DNA from: an uncultured Planctomycetia bacterium
GTDB lineage: Bacteria; Omnitrophota; Gorgyraeia; Tantalellales; Tantalellaceae
Assembly: GCA_964527765.1 (NCBI GenBank)
Contig: CAZGQR010000003.1
Location: 75,366-139,365, forward strand
Direction of reading: 5' to 3'
Length of the DNA: 64,000 nucleotides
In this document: positions 1 to 9,137 of the stretch, piece after piece
How positions within the stretch are numbered: the stretch's first letter is position 1
Layout: the number at the start of each line of letters is the position of its first letter
The notes under the pieces: model-generated
Seen by the model: the letters and a program-made list of their open reading frames with translations, nothing else
Databases searched by the model: none
Told to the model about the DNA's origin: nothing
Position numbers and translations under genes: made by a program

Positions 1-1
1 C

Positions 2-430
2 CTGGAAAAGGCCGGCTATGATTTTTCCCTGGTCTGGTCATACTCGGGGCATGACGGGCATAATGCCAAGCCGGTCATGGATGAGATAGCGCAATATCAG
101 GTGGGAAATTACAAGTTCGCCAAACTGAAAAAAATGCCTCGTGAATATGTCAGGCACGCCTTCCTTTACATCCTTACGGCAAGGGAGCTTTTCATCGCGC
201 AAAGAAATACCAAGGCGGGCTCCGCGGGAAATGACCCCACGGATCCGGATTCCGAATTCTTTTCTTACCTTTCCGGGCGCGCGAAAAACATATCCGATGA
301 AAAGCTGCGTTATGCGGTCGAGGAGATACTTCTGATATCCATGCTCAAAGGCATACCGCTGAACCGCGGAAACATCAAATTCCTCCTGCTGGACGCCGTC
401 AGCGGCAGACAGCCCCGATCGCGCCAGTGA
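2..430 (+). CDS. hypothetical protein, 5'-truncated at window edge
   Basis: Reading frame is open from nt 2 (LEKAGYDFSLVW...) into the listed 77..430 ORF; no recognisable motif; converges on the PilZ gene. Confidence 0.4.
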   Translation: MEKAGYDFSLVWSYSGHDGHNAKPVMDEIAQYQVGNYKFAKLKKMPREYVRHAFLYILTARELFIAQRNTKAGSAGNDPTDPDSEFFSYLSGRAKNISDEKLRYAVEEILLISMLKGIPLNRGNIKFLLLDAVSGRQPRSRQ

Positions 431-460
431 TCAATAGGGTACGGTTTATCGCGCTAAGCG

Positions 461-871
461 TTATACTTTTGACGGCGGGGTGTTTTTCAGGTATTCCGTG
501 GAGGCTTTCCTGAAAGAAAGGCTTTTGCGGTTGTATAGGTTGCATTCTCTCCGGAACTGCGTGATCTCTCCGATCTCTTTTTCAAGCGTTAGGGGAAAGT
601 CTTTCGGAACATTAAAGAACTTGGCGCCGATGTTATAGATATTCTTCCCGAGCTGCCTGACATAGACGATGATCGCCTTCAGGCGGAACATCTTGTTCTT
701 AAGGAAGACGTGGACATGTACCTTGTCATTTTTGCGCACTTCTTCCGTGGCAGTGAACGCAATGCCCCCTCCGCTTACATCTACCAGATCAAGGGGCCCG
801 TTCACGTGCTTTTCATCCCCTTCGATCGGGTAAGCGGCCATATAACGCTTCCATTTTCTTCTTTCTACCAT
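461..871 (-). CDS. stand-alone PilZ-domain (c-di-GMP binding) protein, about 136 aa
   Basis: The C-terminal 136 aa of the 263-aa ORF carry the PilZ signatures RRKWKRY (RxxxR) and DVSGGGIAF (DxSxxG); internal ATG at 869-871; upstream part of the ORF looks like non-coding read-through. Confidence 0.6.
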   Translation of the reverse strand: MVERRKWKRYMAAYPIEGDEKHVNGPLDLVDVSGGGIAFTATEEVRKNDKVHVHVFLKNKMFRLKAIIVYVRQLGKNIYNIGAKFFNVPKDFPLTLEKEIGEITQFRRECNLYNRKSLSFRKASTEYLKNTPPSKV

Positions 872-975
872 AGCGTTTACAAGTATATCACAACAATTAA
901 AGCAAGTAAAGGTTAGTATATCAAAAAGTCGGATAGGCCGGAAAAATGCTGCTTTTTGCTTGCGGGACGCGAAAT

Positions 976-1608
976 TCAGCGGGCGGCATCGCCGTTTTCC
1001 GCTTCTTTGCCGACAAAAAGAAGAGGAAATATGATATCGCTTACGCAGCAGGGCACCCAAACGGCGAGAAATAAAAATAAAAAGACAGCCGCGTAGGAAA
1101 AGAAATTTAACGCTTTCCCTGCCGCCATGATAACATGAAAAAGCGACGCCCATGTGCTTACCAGAACATGTCCCGCGTGCGGAAACCGGGTCCTGGGCCA
1201 GAAATACGCAATGGTTATGCCGGCCACAGCGAGAGGGTTCACAAGCCACCATTCCTCGATAAAACCTATATGCGGTTCGGCGTGCGGCATCCCCAGGAGA
1301 AGTTCCCCGAGATAGGGTATGACCGAATCACTTAATGTCGCTATGCCGATCGATCCAACGTAGCCGACAATAAGCAGCGCCGCAATACTGCATCGTCCCC
1401 TGTCGGCCCTGCACTTATAATTTTTGTACATGGCGGCAGTAACCAGCGCGCTCAGGACAACGTGTATCGGATGAAGCGTGTAAAAAACATCGTAGGCGGT
1501 CCTGTAGGGCAGCTTGCAGAAAAACAGCATGATGACCACTCCTGTCAACGCGCCAAAAGCGGTAAACGGGGCATGCCTTCTCAGCTCGTACAGGATTGTG
1601 CTTTTCAT
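976..1608 (-). CDS. polytopic membrane protein with several His-rich motifs (possible metal-dependent membrane hydrolase)
   Basis: 210 aa, about 6 hydrophobic segments, motifs HPIHVV, HAEPH, HAGH, FHVIMA; no confident family assignment. Confidence 0.45.
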   Translation of the reverse strand: MKSTILYELRRHAPFTAFGALTGVVIMLFFCKLPYRTAYDVFYTLHPIHVVLSALVTAAMYKNYKCRADRGRCSIAALLIVGYVGSIGIATLSDSVIPYLGELLLGMPHAEPHIGFIEEWWLVNPLAVAGITIAYFWPRTRFPHAGHVLVSTWASLFHVIMAAGKALNFFSYAAVFLFLFLAVWVPCCVSDIIFPLLFVGKEAENGDAAR

Positions 1609-1621
1609 GTGCGGAAAGCTC

Positions 1622-2662
1622 TTACTCGCTCAGTAATCTCTCAAACAGGTCTATATACCGCCTGGCTATTCTTTTCGGTGAATGCGCTTCCACGAATTTA
1701 TCCGCGTCTTCTATAAGGTGTTTCCGCTTCTTCTCGCTGCCAAGCAGGTCGATGAGTCTCTTGTTCAGGGCGGTAATGTCCCTGTAGTGGATCACTTCGC
1801 TTGTCCAGTCATGAAAAAAATCCGACTGACTGGGGACGAATATCGGACAGCCGGCGCCCATCGCCTGATAGACGGTCGACGAGACAACAGCGTGGAACCG
1901 GCTCTGGAATTTATGAAGGATGACCGCGTCCGAGGCAAAAAGGTAATCATCGAATTCTTTCGTCGACAAAGCATTGCATTTTCGCACTATCCGCCAATCG
2001 GTGGGGGTCAGCTCCTCAAGCATCTGGTAATCTTTGGCAACAAGATGCAAAAGGACCGCCTTTCTTTTGAGCTTCGGGGGCAGATCCCTGTAATAGGAAT
2101 GATACCCGCGCATGCCGAACGAATAGATGATCTTCTTGTCCAGCGGAAGTTTCAGCCTTTTTCTGGCCGCGGTTTTTTTGCACCTCCTCAGCTCCCAGGC
2201 GGGAAACGGGATATATTCCGCATCCGGGTAGATCTTCCGCAGGAAGTCCTGCCTGTGATCGAAATAAACGATCTTATCCCAGTCTATCTCATAAAACCAC
2301 GAATGGTCGCATATCCTGTTCTCGTGGACAACGTGCACCAGTTTTGCCTTCTTCCTCAGCACGGGGATTATATTGGACAATTTTTCCACCGGCAGCATTC
2401 CCAGGTCTTCGACAAGAAGCACGTCAAAATCGGTTTCCAGGAACGGGCGGGCATCCAGAGCATAAGTCCCTGTCCTTGTCCCGAAACATCTTTTCACGTA
2501 ACTTTCGTCCTTGGCGGTGATACCCTCCCCGTGATAATCATGCCTCGAAAAGGTGAACACCGTTACCTTGTGCCCCATCTCCCTGAAGGCCCTGCCTATG
2601 GGCTCCGCGTGCATCGCGACTCCGCTATTTGTATTCCATGCAGCCATGATTCCTATTTTCAT
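1622..2662 (-). CDS. GT4-family (GT-B fold) glycosyltransferase
   Basis: Start MKIGIMAAW; Rossmann-like N-terminus, C-terminal region typical of retaining GT4 enzymes (SDAVIL...GAGCPIF); start moved to ATG 2662 from ORF 1622..2704. Confidence 0.55.
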   Translation of the reverse strand: MKIGIMAAWNTNSGVAMHAEPIGRAFREMGHKVTVFTFSRHDYHGEGITAKDESYVKRCFGTRTGTYALDARPFLETDFDVLLVEDLGMLPVEKLSNIIPVLRKKAKLVHVVHENRICDHSWFYEIDWDKIVYFDHRQDFLRKIYPDAEYIPFPAWELRRCKKTAARKRLKLPLDKKIIYSFGMRGYHSYYRDLPPKLKRKAVLLHLVAKDYQMLEELTPTDWRIVRKCNALSTKEFDDYLFASDAVILHKFQSRFHAVVSSTVYQAMGAGCPIFVPSQSDFFHDWTSEVIHYRDITALNKRLIDLLGSEKKRKHLIEDADKFVEAHSPKRIARRYIDLFERLLSE

Positions 2663-2710
2663 TCCGTATCCTCCTTCTGGCAGAACGTTTCTGCAGTCGC
2701 CCAAATATTA

Positions 2711-3778
2711 TCATGTAAACGGAACTTTTGCAAGGCGGTCCTCTTTTAAGATGTCCGAAACCGTTCCCTGCCACTCCGTGTCCCCGTAACGTATCTTCCG
2801 GAAATGCCAGTATTCGGCCCCCCAGAGCAAGATGGCGTCAACTCCAAGCTCCCGGAATTCCCTGAAAAGTTCCGCCATCATCTCGGGCGCACTCGTCAAT
2901 ACCGCCCCTTCCCCTTTATGGACCAGCTGGCCGGGCTCCCAGGGTTCCGCTTGAAGCTCCGCGATCCAGGCCTTTTTTCCCTTACTTTGCGCGAGCGCCA
3001 GGACTTTTGAAAAATATCTCTCCCGCTCCTTCCGGCTGGTGCGGAAATATAGATCCGCGTTCCAGAACTCTTTTCCTACGACCGGATAGACATTAAGCCC
3101 CAGGATATCGCCTATGGCCAGGCATTCCCTGACGGGGTCATGCCGGCTAAGAAGGCGGTTGAGAAAGCGAAGGATCCTGTTGGGATATGTTGCCGTCGTC
3201 AAAAGGATCGGGCGCTTTCTCCCGTCGAGGCTCCTTACAAGCTCCACTTCCTGCTCTAAAAAAGCCCTGCCTATAAACCAGTATTGCCTCCCGGTGCGGT
3301 TCAGCGGCTCGTTCTCAACCTGCCACCAATGTATGATGGAATCGTCCTTATAGCGATCTACGACTTTTCTTATGAATTGAAGCGTGCGTTTTCGCAGATA
3401 TTCGTCTCTTGAGACATCCGTGCCGAAGGAAAGAGAAGTTCTTTTCAAGACCCAGTCGGGGATAAAATATTCGGGCCACCGGGGAGCCTTCATGCCTACC
3501 GTCAGCGCAACAGGGACCTTCTTTTTCGCGGCTTCATGTATCTGCCAGTCAAGAGCGGAAAAGTCATAGACATTTTCTTCTTTCTCTATTTCGTCCCAGT
3601 AGGCTCCCAGGCGAATAAGGTCGAACCCGGCCTCGAGTATGGAAAGATAGGTTTTTTCCCGGTCCATCCCCAGGTATTCGCTCTGGCGCGGACTGTAGGT
3701 CGTTCCTATTTGCACCGGTCCCGCATACAGCGCCGAGCACTGGAAAACAAATAATACCGCGAGGGCAAGCGCCTTCAT
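2711..3778 (-). CDS. secreted TIM-barrel glycoside hydrolase (clan GH-A-like)
   Basis: N-terminal signal peptide MKALALAVLFVFQCSALYA; catalytic-acid-like motif WWQVENEP and nucleophile-like AELQAEPWE. Confidence 0.5.
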   Translation of the reverse strand: MKALALAVLFVFQCSALYAGPVQIGTTYSPRQSEYLGMDREKTYLSILEAGFDLIRLGAYWDEIEKEENVYDFSALDWQIHEAAKKKVPVALTVGMKAPRWPEYFIPDWVLKRTSLSFGTDVSRDEYLRKRTLQFIRKVVDRYKDDSIIHWWQVENEPLNRTGRQYWFIGRAFLEQEVELVRSLDGRKRPILLTTATYPNRILRFLNRLLSRHDPVRECLAIGDILGLNVYPVVGKEFWNADLYFRTSRKERERYFSKVLALAQSKGKKAWIAELQAEPWEPGQLVHKGEGAVLTSAPEMMAELFREFRELGVDAILLWGAEYWHFRKIRYGDTEWQGTVSDILKEDRLAKVPFT

Positions 3779-3785
3779 AGACTTG

Positions 3786-5423
3786 TTATTTCCGTTTTTT
3801 GTCGGTGACCCAGAACGTCATATACCTGCCGAACATGAGCCGCGTCTGGGCATCCAGCGCAGGCAATGCGCTCAAAAAGATGATCGTCAGCGGGACCAGC
3901 AGCCACTGCAAGGCGAACCCTATCCTTTTAAAAATAGGATGTTTTTCTTTCTTTTCGGGCAGCAGCAGCAGGCTCAGTATGATGCTTGTGATCAGCGAGA
4001 GTGTCGCGAGGTGAAATATGGTTCCTGTGATGCGCGGCGCGCTGTAATAAAAGACGGAGTGCGAAAAATCCCTTCCGGCGAAAATAGCCGGCAGCCACCC
4101 GATGATCGTAAGCAGAAAAGCCCAGGTCGTCCAGGAAATATGGCCTTCGAACAATTTATACCCGCACTTTATCCTGCTCATGAGGGGTATGCCGCTCTTT
4201 TTCAAAAAGGCCCTCATCACTATGGGAAAATTTTCCACTCCCCAGGCCCATCGTCTTTTCTGCTTGTAGACATTGACGACCGTCTGCCACCATGTATCTG
4301 CGACCACCGCATCCATGGAAAGCGTGGTATACATCGGGACCACATGATATTTTCCGTCATAATGGACAAATGCTTTCCAGAATATAGCCGAGTCGTCCGA
4401 GATCATATCCACCGGCCAGTACCCTACTTCGACCAACGCTTTAAAACTCATGCTGTGGCTTGAAAACGTGACCAGCGTCTGGGGGTTGGTCGCCTCGATG
4501 AGCTGAAAAAAGGAAGACCCCGCCTCAAGGACCCTGGTGATCCCCGGCGCATCCCAGATATTATTGTTGTACACCGGTACGGGCTGAAAGCTTGCGCGGG
4601 TCCTCCACGGACATATCAAGAAATAATAAGTAAGGCTTGCGAAATACATGGGGCTCACCACTGTATCCGCGTCAAAACAGGATGAGATCACATTATCAAA
4701 ATGGATCTTTCGCTCCGCGAAATATTCCGCTGCTCTCTTCGCCGCAAAGGTCGTGTTGGCTCCCTTGGCCCGGGCCTCGCCGACAATACCGTCGGGGTGA
4801 ACGACTATCAGTATATCGAAAAAAGAGTCCCGGTAAACGTCCCTGATCTGTTCTGCCCCCTTTTTGACTTCCCCGCTCGCTCTTTCTTCCAGGGCCAGGA
4901 TCACCACGATCTGCTTCGGGGGAAATGTTCCTGCGGCAAGGCTTGCGATGCCCGGCTCGACGACTTCACGCGTCTCCTTGGCTACCGGGATAATGACCAG
5001 ATGATAAATATCCGCTGAAAGCGGCTGGTCGCCCCCGGCCCCTTTCAGGGATTCGACCTCCCTGCGATGGCATAACAGCGAGACCTTCTCCCTCGCATCC
5101 CCCGTTAAGGGCCGTTTCTTGAGCTGCCCAAGATATTCATCAAGCCGGTCCAGGCCGCGCACTCTTTCCATCCAGTCGGTCTTCTTCTCGACAGAAAGCC
5201 TGAGATAGGAAAGAATAAGGAAAAGGGTCATGTATAACAACTTTAAAAGCCAGTAAAAATAAAAAGCGATTATTATCACGGCGGCGGCGAGGGGATGCAC
5301 AAAAGCCAGGATGGCCAGCCCTATGATGATGGTCCAGCTCGTTGCGCCGGGGACGATCTCAAAAAAACGCTGAAGTGTTCTTTCCCGTCCGGTCAGCTTA
5401 TTGCCGGTGAAGTCGAACCTCAT
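3786..5423 (-). CDS. integral-membrane processive GT2 glycan synthase (cellulose/chitin/hyaluronan-synthase-like)
   Basis: 2 N-terminal TM helices, DAD motif (CFDADTVVSP), QKRRWAWG (Q-x-x-R-W) motif, C-terminal TM bundle; 4-bp overlap with the upstream gene. Confidence 0.65.
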   Translation of the reverse strand: MRFDFTGNKLTGRERTLQRFFEIVPGATSWTIIIGLAILAFVHPLAAAVIIIAFYFYWLLKLLYMTLFLILSYLRLSVEKKTDWMERVRGLDRLDEYLGQLKKRPLTGDAREKVSLLCHRREVESLKGAGGDQPLSADIYHLVIIPVAKETREVVEPGIASLAAGTFPPKQIVVILALEERASGEVKKGAEQIRDVYRDSFFDILIVVHPDGIVGEARAKGANTTFAAKRAAEYFAERKIHFDNVISSCFDADTVVSPMYFASLTYYFLICPWRTRASFQPVPVYNNNIWDAPGITRVLEAGSSFFQLIEATNPQTLVTFSSHSMSFKALVEVGYWPVDMISDDSAIFWKAFVHYDGKYHVVPMYTTLSMDAVVADTWWQTVVNVYKQKRRWAWGVENFPIVMRAFLKKSGIPLMSRIKCGYKLFEGHISWTTWAFLLTIIGWLPAIFAGRDFSHSVFYYSAPRITGTIFHLATLSLITSIILSLLLLPEKKEKHPIFKRIGFALQWLLVPLTIIFLSALPALDAQTRLMFGRYMTFWVTDKKRK

Positions 5424-6886
5424 GATCCTCCTGTTTGTTCGGTTTTATTTTCTTCCGTTGCTGCGGGAAAAGGCGTCGGGACCATGCCCTTGCTGGGCAC
5501 TATCTCGACCGAAAGAAGGTTCTCCGTCCCGGGTTCAAGAAAATACATTTTCCCCGTCTGTTCCGCATAATAGACCGCGCTTTTATCTTTCACATGAAAA
5601 AGATGATCCAGCGTGAACTCGCCATATTCCTCTATCTCTATCAGGAAAACGTCATTACCGTCCCGAAACAGTATGTGCGACCCCTCGTATACCCAGAAAC
5701 ACTGTTCGATGTCCTTGCCCTCCCTGTAGGCCCACGAAAGGGTAGGGCCTTTTTCGAACTGCACATCCTGTGTTTCCTCGGTCGAGAAGTCCAGTATCCC
5801 GATCCTGTCTTTCTGCCATACAAGCGCGCGCTCGAGTTTCGGATCGAATTCGACTCCCCTTACGCCTTTTTCGATAAACCGGTACGGGAGGCGGTTCGCC
5901 AGAAGCTTTCCGTCCTCACCCAGAAAAAGCATATAATCTTCGGAAAGAACCCTTACGTGAAAAAACCCCTTTTGTCCGAAGATAGAGGCGCCCAGCGCCT
6001 GATCGTCCATCAGCACTTTTTTGCTTTTTGTGTCATAGCTCATTTTCAAAAAAATATTATCACCGTGCAGAACGTATACTTCGCCGTTGAGCAGGCCGTA
6101 CCCCCGGACGTTCGGAACGCACCTTGGGTAGACCGCGCCGGAATCTACCTCCACCCGGCTCAGATAGTCTTCCTGAAAGGCAAAAAGAGTTTTTTCCTGC
6201 CCGGGCAGCCATTTGACCGCGCTGGGCACAACAGGGAAAAGCCCCGTAATATCTTCAACTGCATCCTTGTCTTCTCCGAGCTCTACCCATAGAAATCTCT
6301 CCCCGCCCCGGGAAGCAAGGCGCAAAATGACAACACAACTTTCCCTCACCGTAAAATATGACGCCAGTTCAGCGCCCGCAAAAGGAGAGTCTTTTTCAAA
6401 CAGCGCATGCGCTTTTTCGTTATTGTAATCGTATACCAGGATATCCCCCGCCGCCGGCCCGCCTGCAGCGAGAAAAAAGCCGCTTCCGGGAACGGGGAGC
6501 AGGTCCTGTATCCTATCGGGAAGAAGGGTGCTGGTTTTCCACTGAAGCGGCAGCAGCAGGATCTTGTCCAAAACCGTTGCTTTTTCAACTTCTACGGGGA
6601 CCGTCTGAGACCAGGGTTTATGATCATCCAGGGTCAGCTTGACGGGATAATCGCCCGGGACGAGCCCGCGGACCACAGTCGGGGTATTCTCCGCGTACTG
6701 ACTGTCCTTCAGGTAAATGGCGGCACCGGTCGGAGCGGTCGATAAATAGATCACCCCTGTTTGCACAACGCTCTCCTCCGCCCCGGGCCTGTAAATGTAC
6801 CCGAACGCATACAGAAGAATAAGCGGGCACAAGATTATGTATATGGCGGCAAAAATGTAAAAGAAGATCCTTCTTAAAAGCTGCAT
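5420..6886 (-). CDS. membrane-anchored protein with PEGA-like beta-sandwich domain plus about 370 aa beta-rich domain
   Basis: N-terminal TM helix (IFFYIFAAIYIILCPLILL), PEGA-like segment (IYLKDSQYAENTPTVVRGLVPGDYPVKL), remainder without known motifs. Confidence 0.4.
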   Translation of the reverse strand: MQLLRRIFFYIFAAIYIILCPLILLYAFGYIYRPGAEESVVQTGVIYLSTAPTGAAIYLKDSQYAENTPTVVRGLVPGDYPVKLTLDDHKPWSQTVPVEVEKATVLDKILLLPLQWKTSTLLPDRIQDLLPVPGSGFFLAAGGPAAGDILVYDYNNEKAHALFEKDSPFAGAELASYFTVRESCVVILRLASRGGERFLWVELGEDKDAVEDITGLFPVVPSAVKWLPGQEKTLFAFQEDYLSRVEVDSGAVYPRCVPNVRGYGLLNGEVYVLHGDNIFLKMSYDTKSKKVLMDDQALGASIFGQKGFFHVRVLSEDYMLFLGEDGKLLANRLPYRFIEKGVRGVEFDPKLERALVWQKDRIGILDFSTEETQDVQFEKGPTLSWAYREGKDIEQCFWVYEGSHILFRDGNDVFLIEIEEYGEFTLDHLFHVKDKSAVYYAEQTGKMYFLEPGTENLLSVEIVPSKGMVPTPFPAATEENKTEQTGGS

Positions 6887-6895
6887 ATCTTCTCT

Positions 6896-8323
6896 CTACC
6901 TTTCCAGTCCTTCCCAGATAACTTCGAAACGCTTCTTAAGATCATCGGTGGAGAACGGCCAGACCGTGCGCCCGTAAAGAGCCTGGGTTACTTCCTTGTA
7001 GGAAAGCTTGTTCATCCTGAACTTAGGTATTTTATTGTCGATCTCAAGACAGTAGCGCATGAGCAGGAGCTGTTTCTGGACCATGTGGGGAAGCAAAAAG
7101 TGCTGCTGCACGGTCTCCCGGGCATGCTTGCTGAGAGTTTCCCGCAGCAGTTTATCTTCCAGGATAGACCTTATTGCCCGGAATATTTCGGCGCGCTCAT
7201 AAGGCTCGACCAGAAAACCGTTATGCCCGTTCACGACCTGCTTCTTTATCCCCCCGACCTTACTGCCTACCACGGGAGTCCCCTGCCACATCGCCTCAGA
7301 GACCACAAGACCGAACCCTTCCTTTGTGGAAACATGGACAAAGCAATCGGCGATCGTCAGAAGCGAGCCGATGATCTCGTCGTTATTTTCCACATTGAGC
7401 AAAAGGTGGATGTCCTCTTCTCCCTCGGCGGCTTTTTTCATCTCTTCGTACATCTTCATGCCCTCGGGGTCGTCGGTGGCGGAATTGCCGACCAGGATAA
7501 GGAGCGGGTGGGCCCCTTTTATGGGATTTTTTTTCAGAAGTTTAAACGCTTCTATGATAGCCCTCTGGTTCTTATGAATATCGTACCGTGATACCGCTGC
7601 CACTATCGGCCGTTCCGGATCTATATTATGCTTGTTGAACAATTGTTCCAGGGTCTTCAGGGCCTCCTTCCTGGAGCGGGGTTTATTCTTCGCCCGCAGG
7701 GGGTCGATCGAGGGGGTTATTTCGTAAGCGGGGATCTGTATGTTGTCCCTCATAAATTCCTTCGCCGTAAAGATAGCCCCTTCGTATTGGTTGATATAAG
7801 GAAGCAGAAAACGCCAGATCCTGCGGCTGGCGCTTGAAGTATCTATATGGCACCGCCAGAATATGTGGCCGTATACATTGCCGTTCATGATTATAGCGGC
7901 GGGCTGCGGGTCGTGGATAGTGACCATGTGCCCCACGACTTCTACCCCGCGGGTATTTTCATCGATCGTGTCAAGATAGGCGTGGAAGATCTCCCTGAGC
8001 GTGATGGTCTGGTCGACCCCCTGAAGCAGGTTGTGGAATTTCTTCGTCACCGTGAAAAATTCTTCGCTGCCCTCTATGACGAACCACCTTGCGTCGATGC
8101 CGAGCCCTCTCGCGAACGGTACCACGCTCTGGAGCATCTCCGCGACGCCGCCGCCGATAAAAGTGGAGTTTACGTTCGCCCATACTTTCTTCTCCAGGTC
8201 CCCGGCCAGGAACTTGATATTGTCCATCAATTCCTTCCCGACAAAAGGCTCATACAGATCGACATTAACGGGCTCAAGCGGAACATATTCGTTCCCGTAT
8301 TTTCTGCTCTTATCATCAAACAT
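6896..8323 (-). CDS. treT: trehalose glycosyltransferring synthase-like GT4 enzyme (TreT-like)
   Basis: NVNSTFIGGGVAEMLQSVVPFARGLGIDARWFVIEGSEEFF...HNLLQG closely matches the N-terminal signature of archaeal/bacterial TreT as recalled from memory. Confidence 0.55.
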   Translation of the reverse strand: MFDDKSRKYGNEYVPLEPVNVDLYEPFVGKELMDNIKFLAGDLEKKVWANVNSTFIGGGVAEMLQSVVPFARGLGIDARWFVIEGSEEFFTVTKKFHNLLQGVDQTITLREIFHAYLDTIDENTRGVEVVGHMVTIHDPQPAAIIMNGNVYGHIFWRCHIDTSSASRRIWRFLLPYINQYEGAIFTAKEFMRDNIQIPAYEITPSIDPLRAKNKPRSRKEALKTLEQLFNKHNIDPERPIVAAVSRYDIHKNQRAIIEAFKLLKKNPIKGAHPLLILVGNSATDDPEGMKMYEEMKKAAEGEEDIHLLLNVENNDEIIGSLLTIADCFVHVSTKEGFGLVVSEAMWQGTPVVGSKVGGIKKQVVNGHNGFLVEPYERAEIFRAIRSILEDKLLRETLSKHARETVQQHFLLPHMVQKQLLLMRYCLEIDNKIPKFRMNKLSYKEVTQALYGRTVWPFSTDDLKKRFEVIWEGLER

Positions 8324-9131
8324 GTCCTTCTAACCCCCTTTTCAGCGTAAAAAGCAACCCGAGGAATCTTCTTACTTCTCCCGTGTCGCTCAAATAATAA
8401 TCGGCAAAGCTGGACCGGCCGCCGCCCTTTCCTACTTTTATGGTATACCCGCGGCGCTTTAAAAGGCGGAACGCATCTTCATCCGTCCTGTCGTCGCCGA
8501 TATAGAATGGGACTATCCTGCCTTTTATTTGTTTCTGTTTTTCTCCAAGCAAATGCAGGGCTGTCTTCCCCTTGTCCCATTTTACCGGAGGCCGGATCTC
8601 CCACACCTTTTTGCCTTTCGTTATAACGACCCTTCCCCGGGCACTATACGGTCCCGCGATGCTCTTGAAGATGTTTTCGGCTTGTTTTACCCTGCGCTTA
8701 TCGACCATCCGGAAATGAACGCTCAAGGTCAAGGTCTTGTCCTCTATATAGATACCCCTGAAGGAACGGTACCTTTTTTTTAATTCTCTGCCTATCTTGC
8801 TGATCGTTCTCTTTGCCTTCAGGGCCTCCGGCACGACATGCCGCAGACCCGGGCCCCTGGCTTCCAGGCCGTGATTGCCGGCATAAACGATGCCTGAGAC
8901 GCCGACGCGCCTCCGGACATCCCGGAGCGCCCGGCCGCTTATGACCGCTACCGATATATTTTCCCGGGAAAGGAGTTTTTTCAATGCTTTCGCGGTGGCA
9001 CCGCTCAGTCTGACCTTTTTCGGGTGCCTCCTGATCAGGGTAAGAGTCCCGTCAAAATCAAGAAAAAGATAAAGATATTTATTCCTGACTTCATCCGCTA
9101 TTTCCGGCCACTTTTTAATCAAGTGTTCCAT
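8316..9131 (-). CDS. otsB: trehalose-6-phosphate phosphatase
   Basis: HAD motif I LFLDFDGTL, motif IV GDDRTDE; 8-bp overlap with treT. Confidence 0.7.
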   Translation of the reverse strand: MEHLIKKWPEIADEVRNKYLYLFLDFDGTLTLIRRHPKKVRLSGATAKALKKLLSRENISVAVISGRALRDVRRRVGVSGIVYAGNHGLEARGPGLRHVVPEALKAKRTISKIGRELKKRYRSFRGIYIEDKTLTLSVHFRMVDKRRVKQAENIFKSIAGPYSARGRVVITKGKKVWEIRPPVKWDKGKTALHLLGEKQKQIKGRIVPFYIGDDRTDEDAFRLLKRRGYTIKVGKGGGRSSFADYYLSDTGEVRRFLGLLFTLKRGLEGHV

Positions 9132-9137
9132 TCTCTT

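Noticed and set aside
872-1252. Upstream 127 codons of the 263-aa ORF containing PilZ
   Set aside because: Cys/Arg-rich translation with no motif. It overlaps the real membrane-protein gene (976..1608) in another frame. An internal ATG at 871 gives a canonical PilZ-sized protein.
1682-2749. 355-aa plus-strand ORF opposite the GT4 gene
   Set aside because: Shadow ORF on the opposite strand of a well-supported glycosyltransferase gene. The translation is low-complexity and Arg/Pro-rich with no motifs, typical of antisense frames in GC-rich DNA.
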